Below are positions 30,290 through 40,733 of a stretch of 64,000 nucleotides of DNA, piece by piece. Below the pieces are notes generated by a model. It did no database searches. It was not told the DNA's origin and saw nothing but the letters and a program-made list of their open reading frames with translations. The position numbers and the translations under genes were made by a program. The DNA is taken from contig CAVPSB010000002.1 in NCBI GenBank assembly GCA_963708025.1, forward strand, positions 320,001 through 384,000. Direction: 5' to 3'. Source of the DNA: an uncultured Candidatus Rokubacteria bacterium (GTDB taxonomy: Bacteria; Methylomirabilota; Methylomirabilia; Rokubacteriales; DASRDR01). Numbering within the stretch: the first letter of the stretch is position 1; every line of letters begins with the position of its first letter.

Positions 30290-31037
30290 AGCGTTCGTGC
30301 TCTCGGTGGCCATGGCCGTCGCCGCCGGCCTCGTGGGCTGCTTCGCCCTGATGCGGCGGATGGCGCTCGCCGCCGATGCCCTCTCCCACGTGGCATTGCC
30401 GGGCATCGGGGTGGCGCTCGCGCTTCACGTGCACCCGATCTTCGGGGCCGTCGCGATGCTCTTCTTCGGCGCGCTGCTCGTGTGGGCGCTCGAGGCGCGA
30501 GCCCGGACCACCACCGAGACCGTGATCGGCGTCGTCTTTTCCGCCGCGCTCGCGCTCGGCAGCCTCATGACCTCGGGCGAGGATCTCATCGAGGCCCTCT
30601 TCGGCGGCGCCGGCACCCTGAGCTGGCCGGAGGTCGTGTTCGGCTTCGTGGCCGCCGGCGCCATCGTGTGGTTCATGGTCACACGCCGGAACAGCCTGAT
30701 CGTGATGCTCGTCTCGCCCGACGTGGCCCGCACGGCGGGGATCGACGTCCGGCGGCTCAATCTCCTGTACCTTCAGGTGTTCGCGCTCACGATCGCCCTG
30801 GGGCTGCGGTATCTGGGCGTGCTCCTCATGGGCGCGCTGATCATCATTCCGGCCGCGACGGCGAAGCGCCTGGCGCGGAACCTGAACGGGATGCTGAGCG
30901 TGGCGGTGGCGGTCGCGGTGATCGCCACCGCGGGCGGCGCCGGGATGGCGGTCTGGCTCCATCGCGAGACCGGCCCGCTCATCGTCACGGTGGCGGCCGG
31001 CGCGTTCGCCCTCAGCCTGCTGCGGCGGCCGTCCTAA
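30279..31037 (+). CDS. Zn/Mn ABC transporter permease (ABC-3)
   Basis: RRMALAADALSHVALPG, LIIIPAATA. Confidence 0.92.
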   Translation: MSSEAFVLSVAMAVAAGLVGCFALMRRMALAADALSHVALPGIGVALALHVHPIFGAVAMLFFGALLVWALEARARTTTETVIGVVFSAALALGSLMTSGEDLIEALFGGAGTLSWPEVVFGFVAAGAIVWFMVTRRNSLIVMLVSPDVARTAGIDVRRLNLLYLQVFALTIALGLRYLGVLLMGALIIIPAATAKRLARNLNGMLSVAVAVAVIATAGGAGMAVWLHRETGPLIVTVAAGAFALSLLRRPS

Positions 31038-31317
31038 GGACAGTCGGGGTGGTCTCGGAAGACCCCCCGGGTCCCCCCGGCGGAGGCCGCGCTGGGCGGG
31101 GGCCGCGGCTCGAAGCGGAACGCCTTGGCCGCGGGGCGAGCGTCAGAGGGTCGCGAGAAGCCGACGGGCGGAGAAGTCGGAGTCGCGGTGTTGCTTCACA
31201 GCCCCCGTCGAGTCGCGGGTCGTGCGCCGTAAGCCGCGAAGAGCCTCCGAGCGGCGGCGTTGCCGGCGCAACGGCGAGGGGGGCATCGGGGGGGTGTTCC
31301 GACACCCCCCGAATGAT
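31038..31317. repeat. two convergent family B repeat units
   Basis: One begins after the permease stop (+), the other after the pfkB stop (-); both open with a G-rich/CGGA/C-rich hairpin. Confidence 0.72.
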
Positions 31318-32256
31318 CTAGCGGGGGGAGCTCATCACCTGCGGGTACAGCCGCTCGACGTCCTCCCGGCGGCAGAGGGCGGTTCCCGGATTCATCACCG
31401 CGGCGGCGCCGGCCGCGACGCCGAAGCGGACGGCCTCGCCCAGCGGGCGGCCGCGGGCGAGCGAGAGCACGATGCCCGCCACCAGGCTGTCTCCGGCTCC
31501 GACGCTGCTCTTGATGGGAACCGCGGGGGCAGCCAGCCGCTCCCACTCCGAGCCCGTCACCCACAGGGCCCCGCCCGCTCCGAGCGAGAGGACCAGGATG
31601 TCGCACCACCCGCGCTTGACCACGGTGGTGCCGAGGCTCGCGAGCCGGGACTCGTCCACCTCGGGCTCGCCCATCAACGCCTGGAACTCGTGGAGGCTCG
31701 GCTTCAACAGGTGGACGCCCTGGTCGACCGCCCGGGCCAGGGGCGCCCCGGAGGTGTCCAGGACGAGCCGGCTCCCCATGTCACGCGCGACCGACGCCAC
31801 GCGGGCATAGAAGTCCACCGGGACCCCGGGCGGCAGGCTCCCGCTCGCCACGATGAAGGCGGGTGGGGGCCCGAGCTGACGGAGCCAGTCCAGGAAGACC
31901 GGCCACTCGGTCTCCTGGAGCGTCGGGCCGGGCATGCAGAAGCGGAACTGGCGGCCGCTGACCTCCTCCAGGACGTTGAGGTTCTCGCGGGTCCACCCGG
32001 CGACGGGGACCGGCATCTGGCGCACGCCCTCGGCGTCGAGCAGCCGCTGGAGCAGCTCGCCGGCCGGCCCCGCGACCGGGAAGCAGGCGAGCGCGTCTCC
32101 GCCGAGCTTCCGGATCGCTCGCGCGACGTTGATCCCGCCGCCCCCGGGCTCGTACGTCGGCGCCTGGCAGCGGAGCTTCCGGTCCGGCAGGACGTAGGCG
32201 ACGCTCGTGCTCTCGTCGAGGGCCGGGTTCATCGTGAGGGTCACGATCGAGAGCAC
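31318..32256 (-). CDS. pfkB: 1-phosphofructokinase-family hexose kinase
   Basis: TLTMNPALD, PGGGGINVA, SGSLPPG, VGAGDS. Confidence 0.92.
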   Translation of the reverse strand: MLSIVTLTMNPALDESTSVAYVLPDRKLRCQAPTYEPGGGGINVARAIRKLGGDALACFPVAGPAGELLQRLLDAEGVRQMPVPVAGWTRENLNVLEEVSGRQFRFCMPGPTLQETEWPVFLDWLRQLGPPPAFIVASGSLPPGVPVDFYARVASVARDMGSRLVLDTSGAPLARAVDQGVHLLKPSLHEFQALMGEPEVDESRLASLGTTVVKRGWCDILVLSLGAGGALWVTGSEWERLAAPAVPIKSSVGAGDSLVAGIVLSLARGRPLGEAVRFGVAAGAAAVMNPGTALCRREDVERLYPQVMSSPR

Positions 32257-32260
32257 GAGG

Positions 32261-33334
32261 CTACGTCGTCGCCCCGGCCTTCACGGCCGGCCCATCGCCG
32301 AGCTCGCGCCTGGCGTTTTCCAGCTCGCGCGTGTAGCGCCCGTCGCGGGCCTCGCTGTTGCACCGGGCCCGGTGGGCGAGGACGTCCTGGGCCGCCCGGA
32401 CGTTGCTCGCCCGGCCCTGCCAGGTCCGCATCGCCGACGCCTGGAGCGCCCGGGCATAGGAGAAGCTGAGGGCCCACGGCTGGGCCCCGTCCATCGCGTT
32501 CATCGCGTTGAGGTGGGCGGTGGCCTGGAGCTCGTCCTGGCCGCCCGAGAGGAAGACGATCCCCGGCACGGCGGCGGGGACGGTCCGGCGCAGGCAGCGG
32601 ACGGTCGCCTCCGCCACCTCCTGGACGTCGGCCGGATGGGGACAGTCCTTCCCGGCGAGCACCATGTTCGGCTTGAGGAGCAGCGCCTCCAGCGCGACGC
32701 CTTGATGGCGCAGCGCCGCGAAGACCGCCTGCAGCGTCGCCTCGGTCACCGCGAAGCACCGCGCGATCGAGTGGTCGCCGTCCATCAGCACCTCGGGCTC
32801 CACGATCGGCACCAGGCCGGCTTCCTGGCACAGCACGGCGTACCGGGCGAGGGCGTGGGCGTTCGTCTCGATGCCGTAGTGGCTCGGGATTCCCGAGCCG
32901 ATCGTGATCACCGCGCGCCACTTGGCGAAGCGCGCCCCGAGCGCCTTGTAGTCGGCGAGGCGCTCGCGCAGCCCGTCGAGACCTTCGGTGATCAGCTCGC
33001 CGGGCGCGCCGGCGAGCGGCTTCGTCCCCTTGTCGACCTTGATGCCGGGAACGATCCCCTGCCGGGTGAGGACGTCGGGGAAGAGCGTCCCGTCGTCGGC
33101 CCTTTGCCGGATGGTCTCGTCGAACAGGATCACGCCGCTGATGAAGGCGCCGAGGCCGGGGGTGGTGAACAGCATCTGGCGATAGAGGCGCCGGCTCTCT
33201 TCGGTGTCCTCGATGCCGAGGGCCGCCAGGCGCCTGGCCATGGTCGGGTGGCTCTCGTCGGCGGCCAGGATGCCCTTGCCACGGGCGACCAGGGTCCGCG
33301 CCATCGATTCGAGATTCGTCGCGGCCAGGCTCAT
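32261..33334 (-). CDS. class I fructose-bisphosphate aldolase
   Basis: GILAADES, GIKVDKG, AKWRAV, PIVEPE, LLKPNM, FLSGGQ. Confidence 0.95.
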   Translation of the reverse strand: MSLAATNLESMARTLVARGKGILAADESHPTMARRLAALGIEDTEESRRLYRQMLFTTPGLGAFISGVILFDETIRQRADDGTLFPDVLTRQGIVPGIKVDKGTKPLAGAPGELITEGLDGLRERLADYKALGARFAKWRAVITIGSGIPSHYGIETNAHALARYAVLCQEAGLVPIVEPEVLMDGDHSIARCFAVTEATLQAVFAALRHQGVALEALLLKPNMVLAGKDCPHPADVQEVAEATVRCLRRTVPAAVPGIVFLSGGQDELQATAHLNAMNAMDGAQPWALSFSYARALQASAMRTWQGRASNVRAAQDVLAHRARCNSEARDGRYTRELENARRELGDGPAVKAGATT

Positions 33335-33398
33335 CTCGACCCTCCTCCGTCAGGCGCCCCTCTGGCGCAGCGGTCGCGTTCGTGCCCGGTCGGGATCA

Positions 33399-33414
33399 TG
33401 CGAGGAGCGCGCCA
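33399..33414 (-). promoter_or_regulatory. sigma-54 promoter (aldolase-pfkB)
   Basis: TGGCGC-GCTCC-TCGCA. Confidence 0.55.
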
Positions 33415-33479
33415 CGTCGCCCGCCAGCCGGCCGGCGGGGCGAACCTGGGGAAACGTGGCCCGGCCGTCGCGGTTGCCG

Positions 33480-33516
33480 TGTGGCGCGTCCGCCCCACTG
33501 GGGCGCCGCGTCCCCA
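33480..33516. promoter_or_regulatory. tandem putative activator boxes between divergent promoters
   Basis: TGTGGCGCGTCCGCCCCA and TGGGGCGCCGCGTCCCCA. Confidence 0.6.
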
Positions 33517-33520
33517 GTTT

Positions 33521-33580
33521 TCGGGACCTCCCGCCCACCCCCCAGCCCCTCCCCCACCCACTGGGGGAGGGGGGCCGGAC
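33521..33580 (-). repeat. partial family A repeat
   Basis: Minus strand GGGTGGGGGAGGGG..GGCGGGAGGTCCCGA matches 40690-40731. Confidence 0.6.
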
Positions 33581-33604
33581 GAGCCCTCGGCGTAGGCCGT
33601 CGGG

Positions 33605-33620
33605 TGGCACTGTCGTTGCA
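33605..33620 (+). promoter_or_regulatory. sigma-54 promoter (ppsA)
   Basis: Consensus TGGCAC-TGTCG-TTGCA. Confidence 0.82.
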
Positions 33621-33662
33621 CTCATGGGGCGGGCACGTCACGACACCGAAGGGAGAGCCGAC

Positions 33663-36114
33663 ATGTCGGCCCGGGGAGCGCTGATCCGCTGGTTTGCCGA
33701 CGTCGGCATCGACGACATCGCGCTGGTGGGCGGGAAGAACGCCTCGCTGGGCGAGCTGTATCGCGAGCTCGCGCCCCACGGCGTGAAGGTGCCCGACGGG
33801 TTCGCGGTGACCGCGGACGCGTACCGGGCGGTCCTCGCGGAAGGCGGGCTGGAGCAGCGGCTCCAGGAGACCCTGGCCGGGCTCGACACGCGCGACGTCG
33901 CCGACCTCCAGCGCTGCGGGCGGCAGGCGCGCCAGGCGATCCTGGCCACGAGCCTGCCGGCGGAGCTCGAGCAGGCGATCGTCGCCGCCTACGACCGCCT
34001 GAGCGCGGGGACTCCCGAAGGCGTCGACGTGGCGGTCCGCAGCAGCGCGACCGCCGAGGATCTCCCGGAGGCGAGCTTCGCCGGCCAGCAGGAGACCTAC
34101 CTCAACGTGCGCGGGGTCGCCGGCGCTGCTCGACGCCTGCCGGCGCTGCTTCGCCTCGCTCTTCACGGACCGGGCGATCTCGTACCGCGCGGACAACGGA
34201 TTCGATCACTTCAAGGTCGCGCTGTCGATCGGCGTCCAGCGGATGGTCCGGTCCGACCTGGCGGCGTCCGGCGTCATGTTCTCGATCGACACCGAGACCG
34301 GGTTCCGCGACGCCGTGCTGATCAACGCGGCGTACGGGCTCGGCGAGAACGTCGTCCAGGGCGCGGTGAACCCGGACGAGTACTGCGTCTTCAAGCCGAC
34401 GCTGCGGGCAGGGCTACCGGCCCGATCCTCCAGAAGGCGGCTGGGGACGAAGGAGTTCAAGCTCGTCTACGACGTGGGCGGCGGCGAAAGGCGTGAAGAA
34501 CGTCCCGGTGTCCCCGGGGGACCGGGCGCGCTTCGCGATCGACGACGACGAGATCCTGGCGCTCGCCCGCTGGGCCTGTGCGATCGAGGACCACTACAGC
34601 GCCAAGCGCGGGCGCTCGACCCCGATGGACATGGAGTGGGCCAAGGACGGGCAAACCGGGCGAGCTGTTCATCGTGCAGGCCCGCCCCGAGACGGTGCAG
34701 TCGCGCCGGCGGCGGGACGTGCTCGAGACCTACCGGCTGAAGGAGACGGGCCGGGCGCTGCGTCCACGGGCGGAGCGTCGGCGAGAAGATCGGCGCGGGC
34801 CCCGTCCGCGTCATCCCGAGCGCCGCAGCACCTCGACGCGTTCCGCGACGGGGAGGTGCTGGTGACCGACAAGACCGACCCCGACTGGGAGCCGATCATG
34901 AAGAAGGCCGCCGCCATCGTGACCAACCGCGGCGGCCGGACGTGCCACGCGGCGATCGTGAGCCGCGAGCTCGGGCTGCCGGCCATCGTGGGCGCCGGGA
35001 CCGCCACCGACGTCCTGCTCGACGGCCAGCCCGTCACCGTCTCGTGCGCCGAGGGCGACATCGGCGTCGTCTACGACGGGCGGCTGGCGTTCGCCGTCGA
35101 TCGGATCGAGCTGAAGGACCTGGCGCGCCCGAAGACCCGGATCATGATGAACGTCGGCAACCCCGAGGAGGCCTTCGCGCTCTCCTTCATTCCCAACGAC
35201 GGCGTGGGCCTCGCCCGCGAGGAGTTCATCATCAGCACGTACATCAAGATCCATCCGCTGGCGCTGCTCGACTACGCCCACCTCGACGATCCGGCCGTCA
35301 AGGCGGAGATCGACCGGCTCACGGCCGGGTACGCGGACAAGGCCGCAGTTCTTCGTCGACAAGCTCGCCCAGGGCGTGAGCATGATCGCGGCGGCGTTCT
35401 ACCCCAAGGACGTGATCGTCCGGCTGAGCGACTTCAAGACGAACGAGTACGCCAACCTGATCGGCGGCCGACGCTACGAGCCGGCGGAGGAGAACCCGAT
35501 GCTCGGCTTCCGCGGCGCGTCGCGCTACTACGACGCCGCGCTATCGCGACGGGTTCGCGCTCGAGTGCCGGGCCATGCGGAAGGTGCGCGACGAGATGGG
35601 CCTCCGGAACGTGAAGCTCATGGTGCCCTTCTGCCGCACCGTCGAGGAGGGACGGCGCGTCCAGGCGGAGATGGCGCGGCACGGGCTCCGGCGCGGGGAG
35701 GACGGCCTGGAGCTCTACGTGATGTGCGAGATCCCGAGCAACGTGATCCGGGCCGACGACTTCGCCGAGATCTTCGACGGCTTCTCGATCGGGTCGAACG
35801 ACCTCACGCAGCTGACGCTCGGCGTCGACCGCGACTCCCGGATCGTGGCCCACCTCTTCGACGAGCGCGATCCCGCCGTGAAGGCCCTGATCGCGAGCGT
35901 GATCCAGGCCGCCAAGGCGCGGGGTCGGAAGATCGGCATCTGCGGGCAGGCCCCCAGCGACTACCCGGAGTTCGCGCAGTTCCTCGTCGAGCAGGGCATC
36001 GACAGCATCTCCCTCAACCCGGACGCCGTGATGAAGACCACGCTCCGCATCCTCGAGACGGAGGCGGCGCTTACCGGACGACCAGGGGCACCAGAGCTCC
36101 CCCGCCGGCCATGA
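33663..36114 (+). CDS. ppsA: phosphoenolpyruvate synthase (about 8 indels, probably sequencing errors)
   Basis: [54 protein letters not shown] spread over several frames. Confidence 0.9.
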
Positions 36115-37318
36115 GCGCGACGACGAGCCACGCCGGCGCCTTCCAGAGCGCGAGGAGACCGAAGGCCACCAGCGCCAGCGCGACATCGGCCGGCGCCCGG
36201 ATCGCGCTCGTCCACACCGGCTGATACAGCGCGGCCAGGAGCAGGCCGACGACCGCGGCGTTGATCCCCCGCAGCGCGGCCTGGAAGCCCGATCGCGCGC
36301 GGAGCGCATCCCAGAACGGGAGGGCCCCGACGATCAAGAGGTAGGACGGCAGGAAGATCGCCACCAGCGCGAGAGCGGCGCCCGTGACGCCGTTGGGCCG
36401 GGGGCCCATCACCGCCCCCAGGTAGGCGGCGAAGGTGAAGAGCGGCCCCGGCACCGCCTGGGCGGCGCCGTAGCCGGCGACGAAGTGCTCGGGGGTCACC
36501 CAGCCGGGCGGGACCACCTCCGCCTGGAGCAAGGGAAGAACGACGTGGCCGCCGCCGAAGACCAGCGACCCCGCCCGGAAGAAGCTGTCGAAGACGGCGA
36601 GCGCGTGACTGCCGGTAAGCTGGCGAGCGATCGGCAGGGCGACCAGGAGACCGAAGAAGAGCCCGAGCATGGAGGCGCCGAGCCGGCGCCCGACGGGCAC
36701 CGGCCGCCGGGAGGTCGCCGGCGCGGTGGCCCCGGGCAGGAGCCGCCACCCCACCAGGCCGGCGGCGGCGATGAGGGTGACCTGGCCGATGCCCGTCGGC
36801 CACAGGATCGCGATGACGGCGGACAGGAGCGCAATGGTGGCCCGCTGGCGATCGGGCGCGAGCGACCGGGCCATCCCCCAGACGGCCAGGGCGACCACGG
36901 CCACCGCGGCCACCTTCAGTCCGTGCAGCCAGCCGGCGCCGGCGACCTCGACCACGCGGAGGCTGTACGCGAAGGCGACGAGCGCGAGCGCCGAGGGCAG
37001 GGTGAACCCCAGCCAGGCCGCCACGCCGCCCAGCAGGCCGGCGCGCGTGATGCCGATGGCGATGCCGACCTGGCTGCTGGCCGGGCCCGGGAGGAACTGG
37101 CACAGCGCCACCAGATCGGCGTACGTGGCCTCGTCCACCCACCGGCGGCGGACCACGTATTCCTCCCGGAAGTAGCCGAGGTGGGCCACCGGTCCGCCGA
37201 AGGAGGTCAGCCCCAGCCGCGTCGCGACCCGAAGCACCTCCAGGAGGTGGGAAGTGAGACCACCCGCCGCCCGGTCGGGCCGGGTGTCCCGGTCCACCGG
37301 GGCGTGCCCCTCGCTCAC
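36071..37318 (-). CDS. chrA: chromate efflux transporter (long chain)
   Basis: [31 protein letters not shown]. Confidence 0.93.
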   Translation of the reverse strand: MSEGHAPVDRDTRPDRAAGGLTSHLLEVLRVATRLGLTSFGGPVAHLGYFREEYVVRRRWVDEATYADLVALCQFLPGPASSQVGIAIGITRAGLLGGVAAWLGFTLPSALALVAFAYSLRVVEVAGAGWLHGLKVAAVAVVALAVWGMARSLAPDRQRATIALLSAVIAILWPTGIGQVTLIAAAGLVGWRLLPGATAPATSRRPVPVGRRLGASMLGLFFGLLVALPIARQLTGSHALAVFDSFFRAGSLVFGGGHVVLPLLQAEVVPPGWVTPEHFVAGYGAAQAVPGPLFTFAAYLGAVMGPRPNGVTGAALALVAIFLPSYLLIVGALPFWDALRARSGFQAALRGINAAVVGLLLAALYQPVWTSAIRAPADVALALVAFGLLALWKAPAWLVVALMAGGGALVPLVVR

Positions 37319-37341
37319 CGGCGATGCCTGCCTCTCACCGG

Positions 37342-37734
37342 TTACTCGAGACGGAACACGGGGTGGTCGGCGGGATTCGGCAGGGTCTCGAAGGCACCTT
37401 TCACCTGGTAGCCCCAGCGGGCCAGATAGGCATCGACGATGCGGGGCTTCTCGTCGTCGGGGACCTCGGTCGCTCGAAAGGGCTCGATGCGCGAGCGCCG
37501 GCGGAGCTCCCCACCGCCGGTCGCTCGCAGGTTGCGCACCCACTGGGTGTCACCTCGTGGCGCCACCAGGTACCGCCGGCCATCGAGCTCGAGCACGTTG
37601 ACGGGAACGGTGCGCCACTCTCCGCTCGTGCGACCGCGCACGGCCAGGGTGGGAACGATGCCGAGTCGCATGAGCAGTGGATTGACCACTCGAGAGACGA
37701 GCCAGCCGGGCTTCAGATAGCGAGTCTGGTTCAC
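37342..37734 (-). CDS. deazaflavin-dependent nitroreductase family protein
   Basis: VRGRTSG, WVRNLRA, HPVFRL. Confidence 0.85.
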   Translation of the reverse strand: MNQTRYLKPGWLVSRVVNPLLMRLGIVPTLAVRGRTSGEWRTVPVNVLELDGRRYLVAPRGDTQWVRNLRATGGGELRRRSRIEPFRATEVPDDEKPRIVDAYLARWGYQVKGAFETLPNPADHPVFRLE

Positions 37735-37870
37735 GGGGCTTCTCCCTCGTACTGGCGGCGAGCGGTGCTGGTGGAATATCGTACATCAGGAGCCGCTCCG
37801 GGGGCGCCCCTGGAACCAGGTGGACGGAGGTGACGTCACTCGGCCAGGCGGCCGCGGGTCGTTGCGCCGG

Positions 37871-38974
37871 ATGAGAATCATCGCCCACGTCGACATGGAC
37901 GCCTTCTATGCCGCGGTGGAGGAGCGGCACCACCCCGAGCTTCGCGGCCGGCCGGTCGTCGTGGGCGCCGATCCGAAGGACGGGAAGGGCCGGGGCGTCG
38001 TCACCGCCGCGAACTACGCCGCCCGGACGTACGGCATCCGATCGGCGCTTCCGATCTCCCGAGCCTGGCGGCTGGCCGAGCGGGCCCGACGACGGGGCGA
38101 GGCGGAAGCCGTCTTCGTCCGGGGCGACCGGTCGCTCTATCGCGAGGTGTCGGGCCGCATCATGGGGATCATCGCCCAGGGCGTGGACGCCTTCGAGGAG
38201 GCAAGCATCGACGAGGCCTACGTGGACGTCTCGTTCCTCGGGGACATGGTCCGCGGCGAGGCGCACGCGCGGGCGCTCAAGGCCGAGATCCTGGCGCGCG
38301 AGGGACTGACCTGCTCGATCGGCCTCGCGCCGAACAAGCTGGTGGCGAAGATCGCGTCGGACTTCCGCAAGCCGGACGGGCTCACGGTCGTGCGGCCGGA
38401 CGAGGTCCAGGCGTTTCTCGATCCACTGCGGATCCGGGTCATTCCCGGGATCGGCCCGAAGACCGAGGCGTTTCTCCACGGGAAGGGCATCCGGACCGTC
38501 GCCGAGCTGCGTGACGTGGAGGTCGGCCGGCTCACGGAGTGGTTCGGCAAGTGGGGAGGGGATCTGGGGCAGAGGGCCCGCGGGATCTCCGAGGATGCCG
38601 TGTCGAACGAGTGGGAGCGCAAGTCGGTGGGCGAGCAGGAGACGTTCGAGGAGGACTCGCTGGATCCGGCCTTCGTCTTCGAGCGCGCGCGCCTCATGGG
38701 CGGCGACGTGTATCGGCGGTTCGTCGCCGAGGGGCTCGGGGCGTTCCGGACGGTGACGGTGACGGTCCGGTTCGCCGGGTTCGTGACCCGGAGCCGGTCT
38801 CACACGGGCCGCACGCCGTTCCGGAGCGAGGACGAGCTGCAGGGCGAGGTGCATCGACTGCTGGAGCCGTTCTTCGACGCGCGGGAGAACCCGAAGGGGA
38901 AGAAGATCCGCCTCATCGGCGTCCGGGTGGAGAAGCTGCTGCGGGAGGACGGAACCGAGGGTGACCGGCGGTAG
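37871..38974 (+). CDS. dinB: DNA polymerase IV
   Basis: HVDMDAFYAAVE, SIDEAY, AKIASD..KPDG. Confidence 0.95.
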   Translation: MRIIAHVDMDAFYAAVEERHHPELRGRPVVVGADPKDGKGRGVVTAANYAARTYGIRSALPISRAWRLAERARRRGEAEAVFVRGDRSLYREVSGRIMGIIAQGVDAFEEASIDEAYVDVSFLGDMVRGEAHARALKAEILAREGLTCSIGLAPNKLVAKIASDFRKPDGLTVVRPDEVQAFLDPLRIRVIPGIGPKTEAFLHGKGIRTVAELRDVEVGRLTEWFGKWGGDLGQRARGISEDAVSNEWERKSVGEQETFEEDSLDPAFVFERARLMGGDVYRRFVAEGLGAFRTVTVTVRFAGFVTRSRSHTGRTPFRSEDELQGEVHRLLEPFFDARENPKGKKIRLIGVRVEKLLREDGTEGDRR

Positions 38975-39086
38975 GTGAGCCCCCCGCTTGAGATGACCCC
39001 GCGAGATCGTCTACCATCGGGACGTTCGCGCTCGATCCACTCCGACACGACGACCGCTCGCCGCCTGGGGCGACCGGGAGGGTGAC

Positions 39087-40644
39087 ATGAGACGGAGATC
39101 CTGGCCCGCGTGGCTCGTCCTGCTGCTCGCCCTCGTGGCTGTCGCGTCGGCGCCGGGGCCCGGCCACGGCCAGCCGGCCGGGACGCTCGTGTTCGTCCGC
39201 TCGGCGGACTCGAACTTCGTCGAACACGGGCTTCACGACGATCACCGAGGATGCCGACGTCGCCGTGAACGTCTTCGACAGCCTCCTGCGCATGGACGCG
39301 ACGGGCAACGTGGTGCCCGGGCTGGCCACGTCGTGGGAGCACAGCCAGGGCAAGGTGTGGACGTTCAAGCTGCGCCGCGATGCGAAGTTCCACGACGGCA
39401 CGCCCGTGGACGCCGAGGCGGTCGCGTTCAGCCTGAACCGCCTGAACCCGGACTCGCCCTTCTCCGTCAAGGGCCGCACCTCCTCGCTCCGCATCTGGCT
39501 CCGGGACCTGATCGTCAGCGCGGAGGCCGTCGACAGCGGCACCGTCCGCGTCTCGCTCAAGGAGCCGTACGCGCTCCTCGCCCACATGCTCGGCGCCTGG
39601 CCCGCGCCGATCGTCAGCCCGACCGCGGTGAAGCGGCTCGGTGAGAGCTTCGCGCAGAAGCCGGTCGGCTCCGGCCCGTTCAAGCTCGGGGAGTGGGTCA
39701 AGGACGACCACATCACCCTGGTGGCGAACAAGGACTACTGGGGCGGGGCGCCGAGGCTGGAGCAGGTGATCTTCAAGGTGGTGCCGGACCCGAGCAGCCG
39801 GTTCCTCGAGCTGAAGCGCGGCTCCGGCCACTTCCTCAAGGGGATGGCCCCCGACCAGCGACAGGTCGTGGAGTCCGACAAGAGCCTGGTGCTCCTGACC
39901 CGGCCATGCTCGTGCATCGGCTACCTGGCGATCAACGACCAGAAGAAGCCGTTCGACAACGTGCTCGTCCGGCGCGCCTTGAACCACGCCATCGACCGGC
40001 CCACGATCATGCGGACGATCGAGGCCAACCTCGGCATCGTCGCCGAGAGCATGATCCCGCCGTGGATGCCCGGCTACAACGCGGGGGCCGCGCGGTACGC
40101 GTACGATCCCGCCAAGGCGAAGGAGCTCCTGGCCCAGGCGGGGCTGCCCAACGGATTTTCGACCCAGCTCTGGACGTTCAACGTCGAGCGCCCCTTCATC
40201 CCCAACGTGCTCCAGGTGGCGGAGAAGGTGCGGAGTGACCTGGCCGCGGTCGGGATCGAGGCCAAGCTCTCCGTGATGGACTCCGCCGTGTACTGGCGGA
40301 GCATCAACACGCTCCAGGGCGAGCTGGCCATGAAGGGCTGGTACACGCCGCCCCAGCCCGACTTCCTGATCCGGGTGGCCCTCCTGGGCCTGGAGTCGGC
40401 GACCTACTATCCGAACACGCCGCGCGGGGCGCAGCTCCGTGACCTGGCCGGTCGCGCCGCTCAGGCCTTCGACCTGGAAGGGCGGAGCCGTCTCTACCAG
40501 CAGGTTCAGCAGATCTACGCGGAGGACGCCCCCACCGTCCCGCTGATGCACCCGGCGTACGCCTGGGTGCACGTGAGCGCCTTCGAGGGGGTGGAGATCT
40601 CCCCGGACGGGCTGACCCGGTTCCACGGCGTCCGCCGCAAGTGA
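39087..40644 (+). CDS. peptide/nickel ABC substrate-binding protein (frameshift near 39225)
   Basis: Signal peptide then PGLATSW, FHDGTP, PVGSGPF, VRRALNHAIDR in second frame. Confidence 0.88.
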
Positions 40645-40733
40645 GGGCGCGTGAAGCAATGGGTCCTCTGACTCCCCCCTCCCCCCGGTGGGTGGGGGAG
40701 GGGGGTTGGGGGGGTAGGCGGGAGGTCCCGACC
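40645..40733 (+). repeat. family A repeat flanked by TGA/TGA
   Basis: TGA-GGGCGCGTGAAG...GGCGGGAGGTCCCGACC-TGA. Confidence 0.75.
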
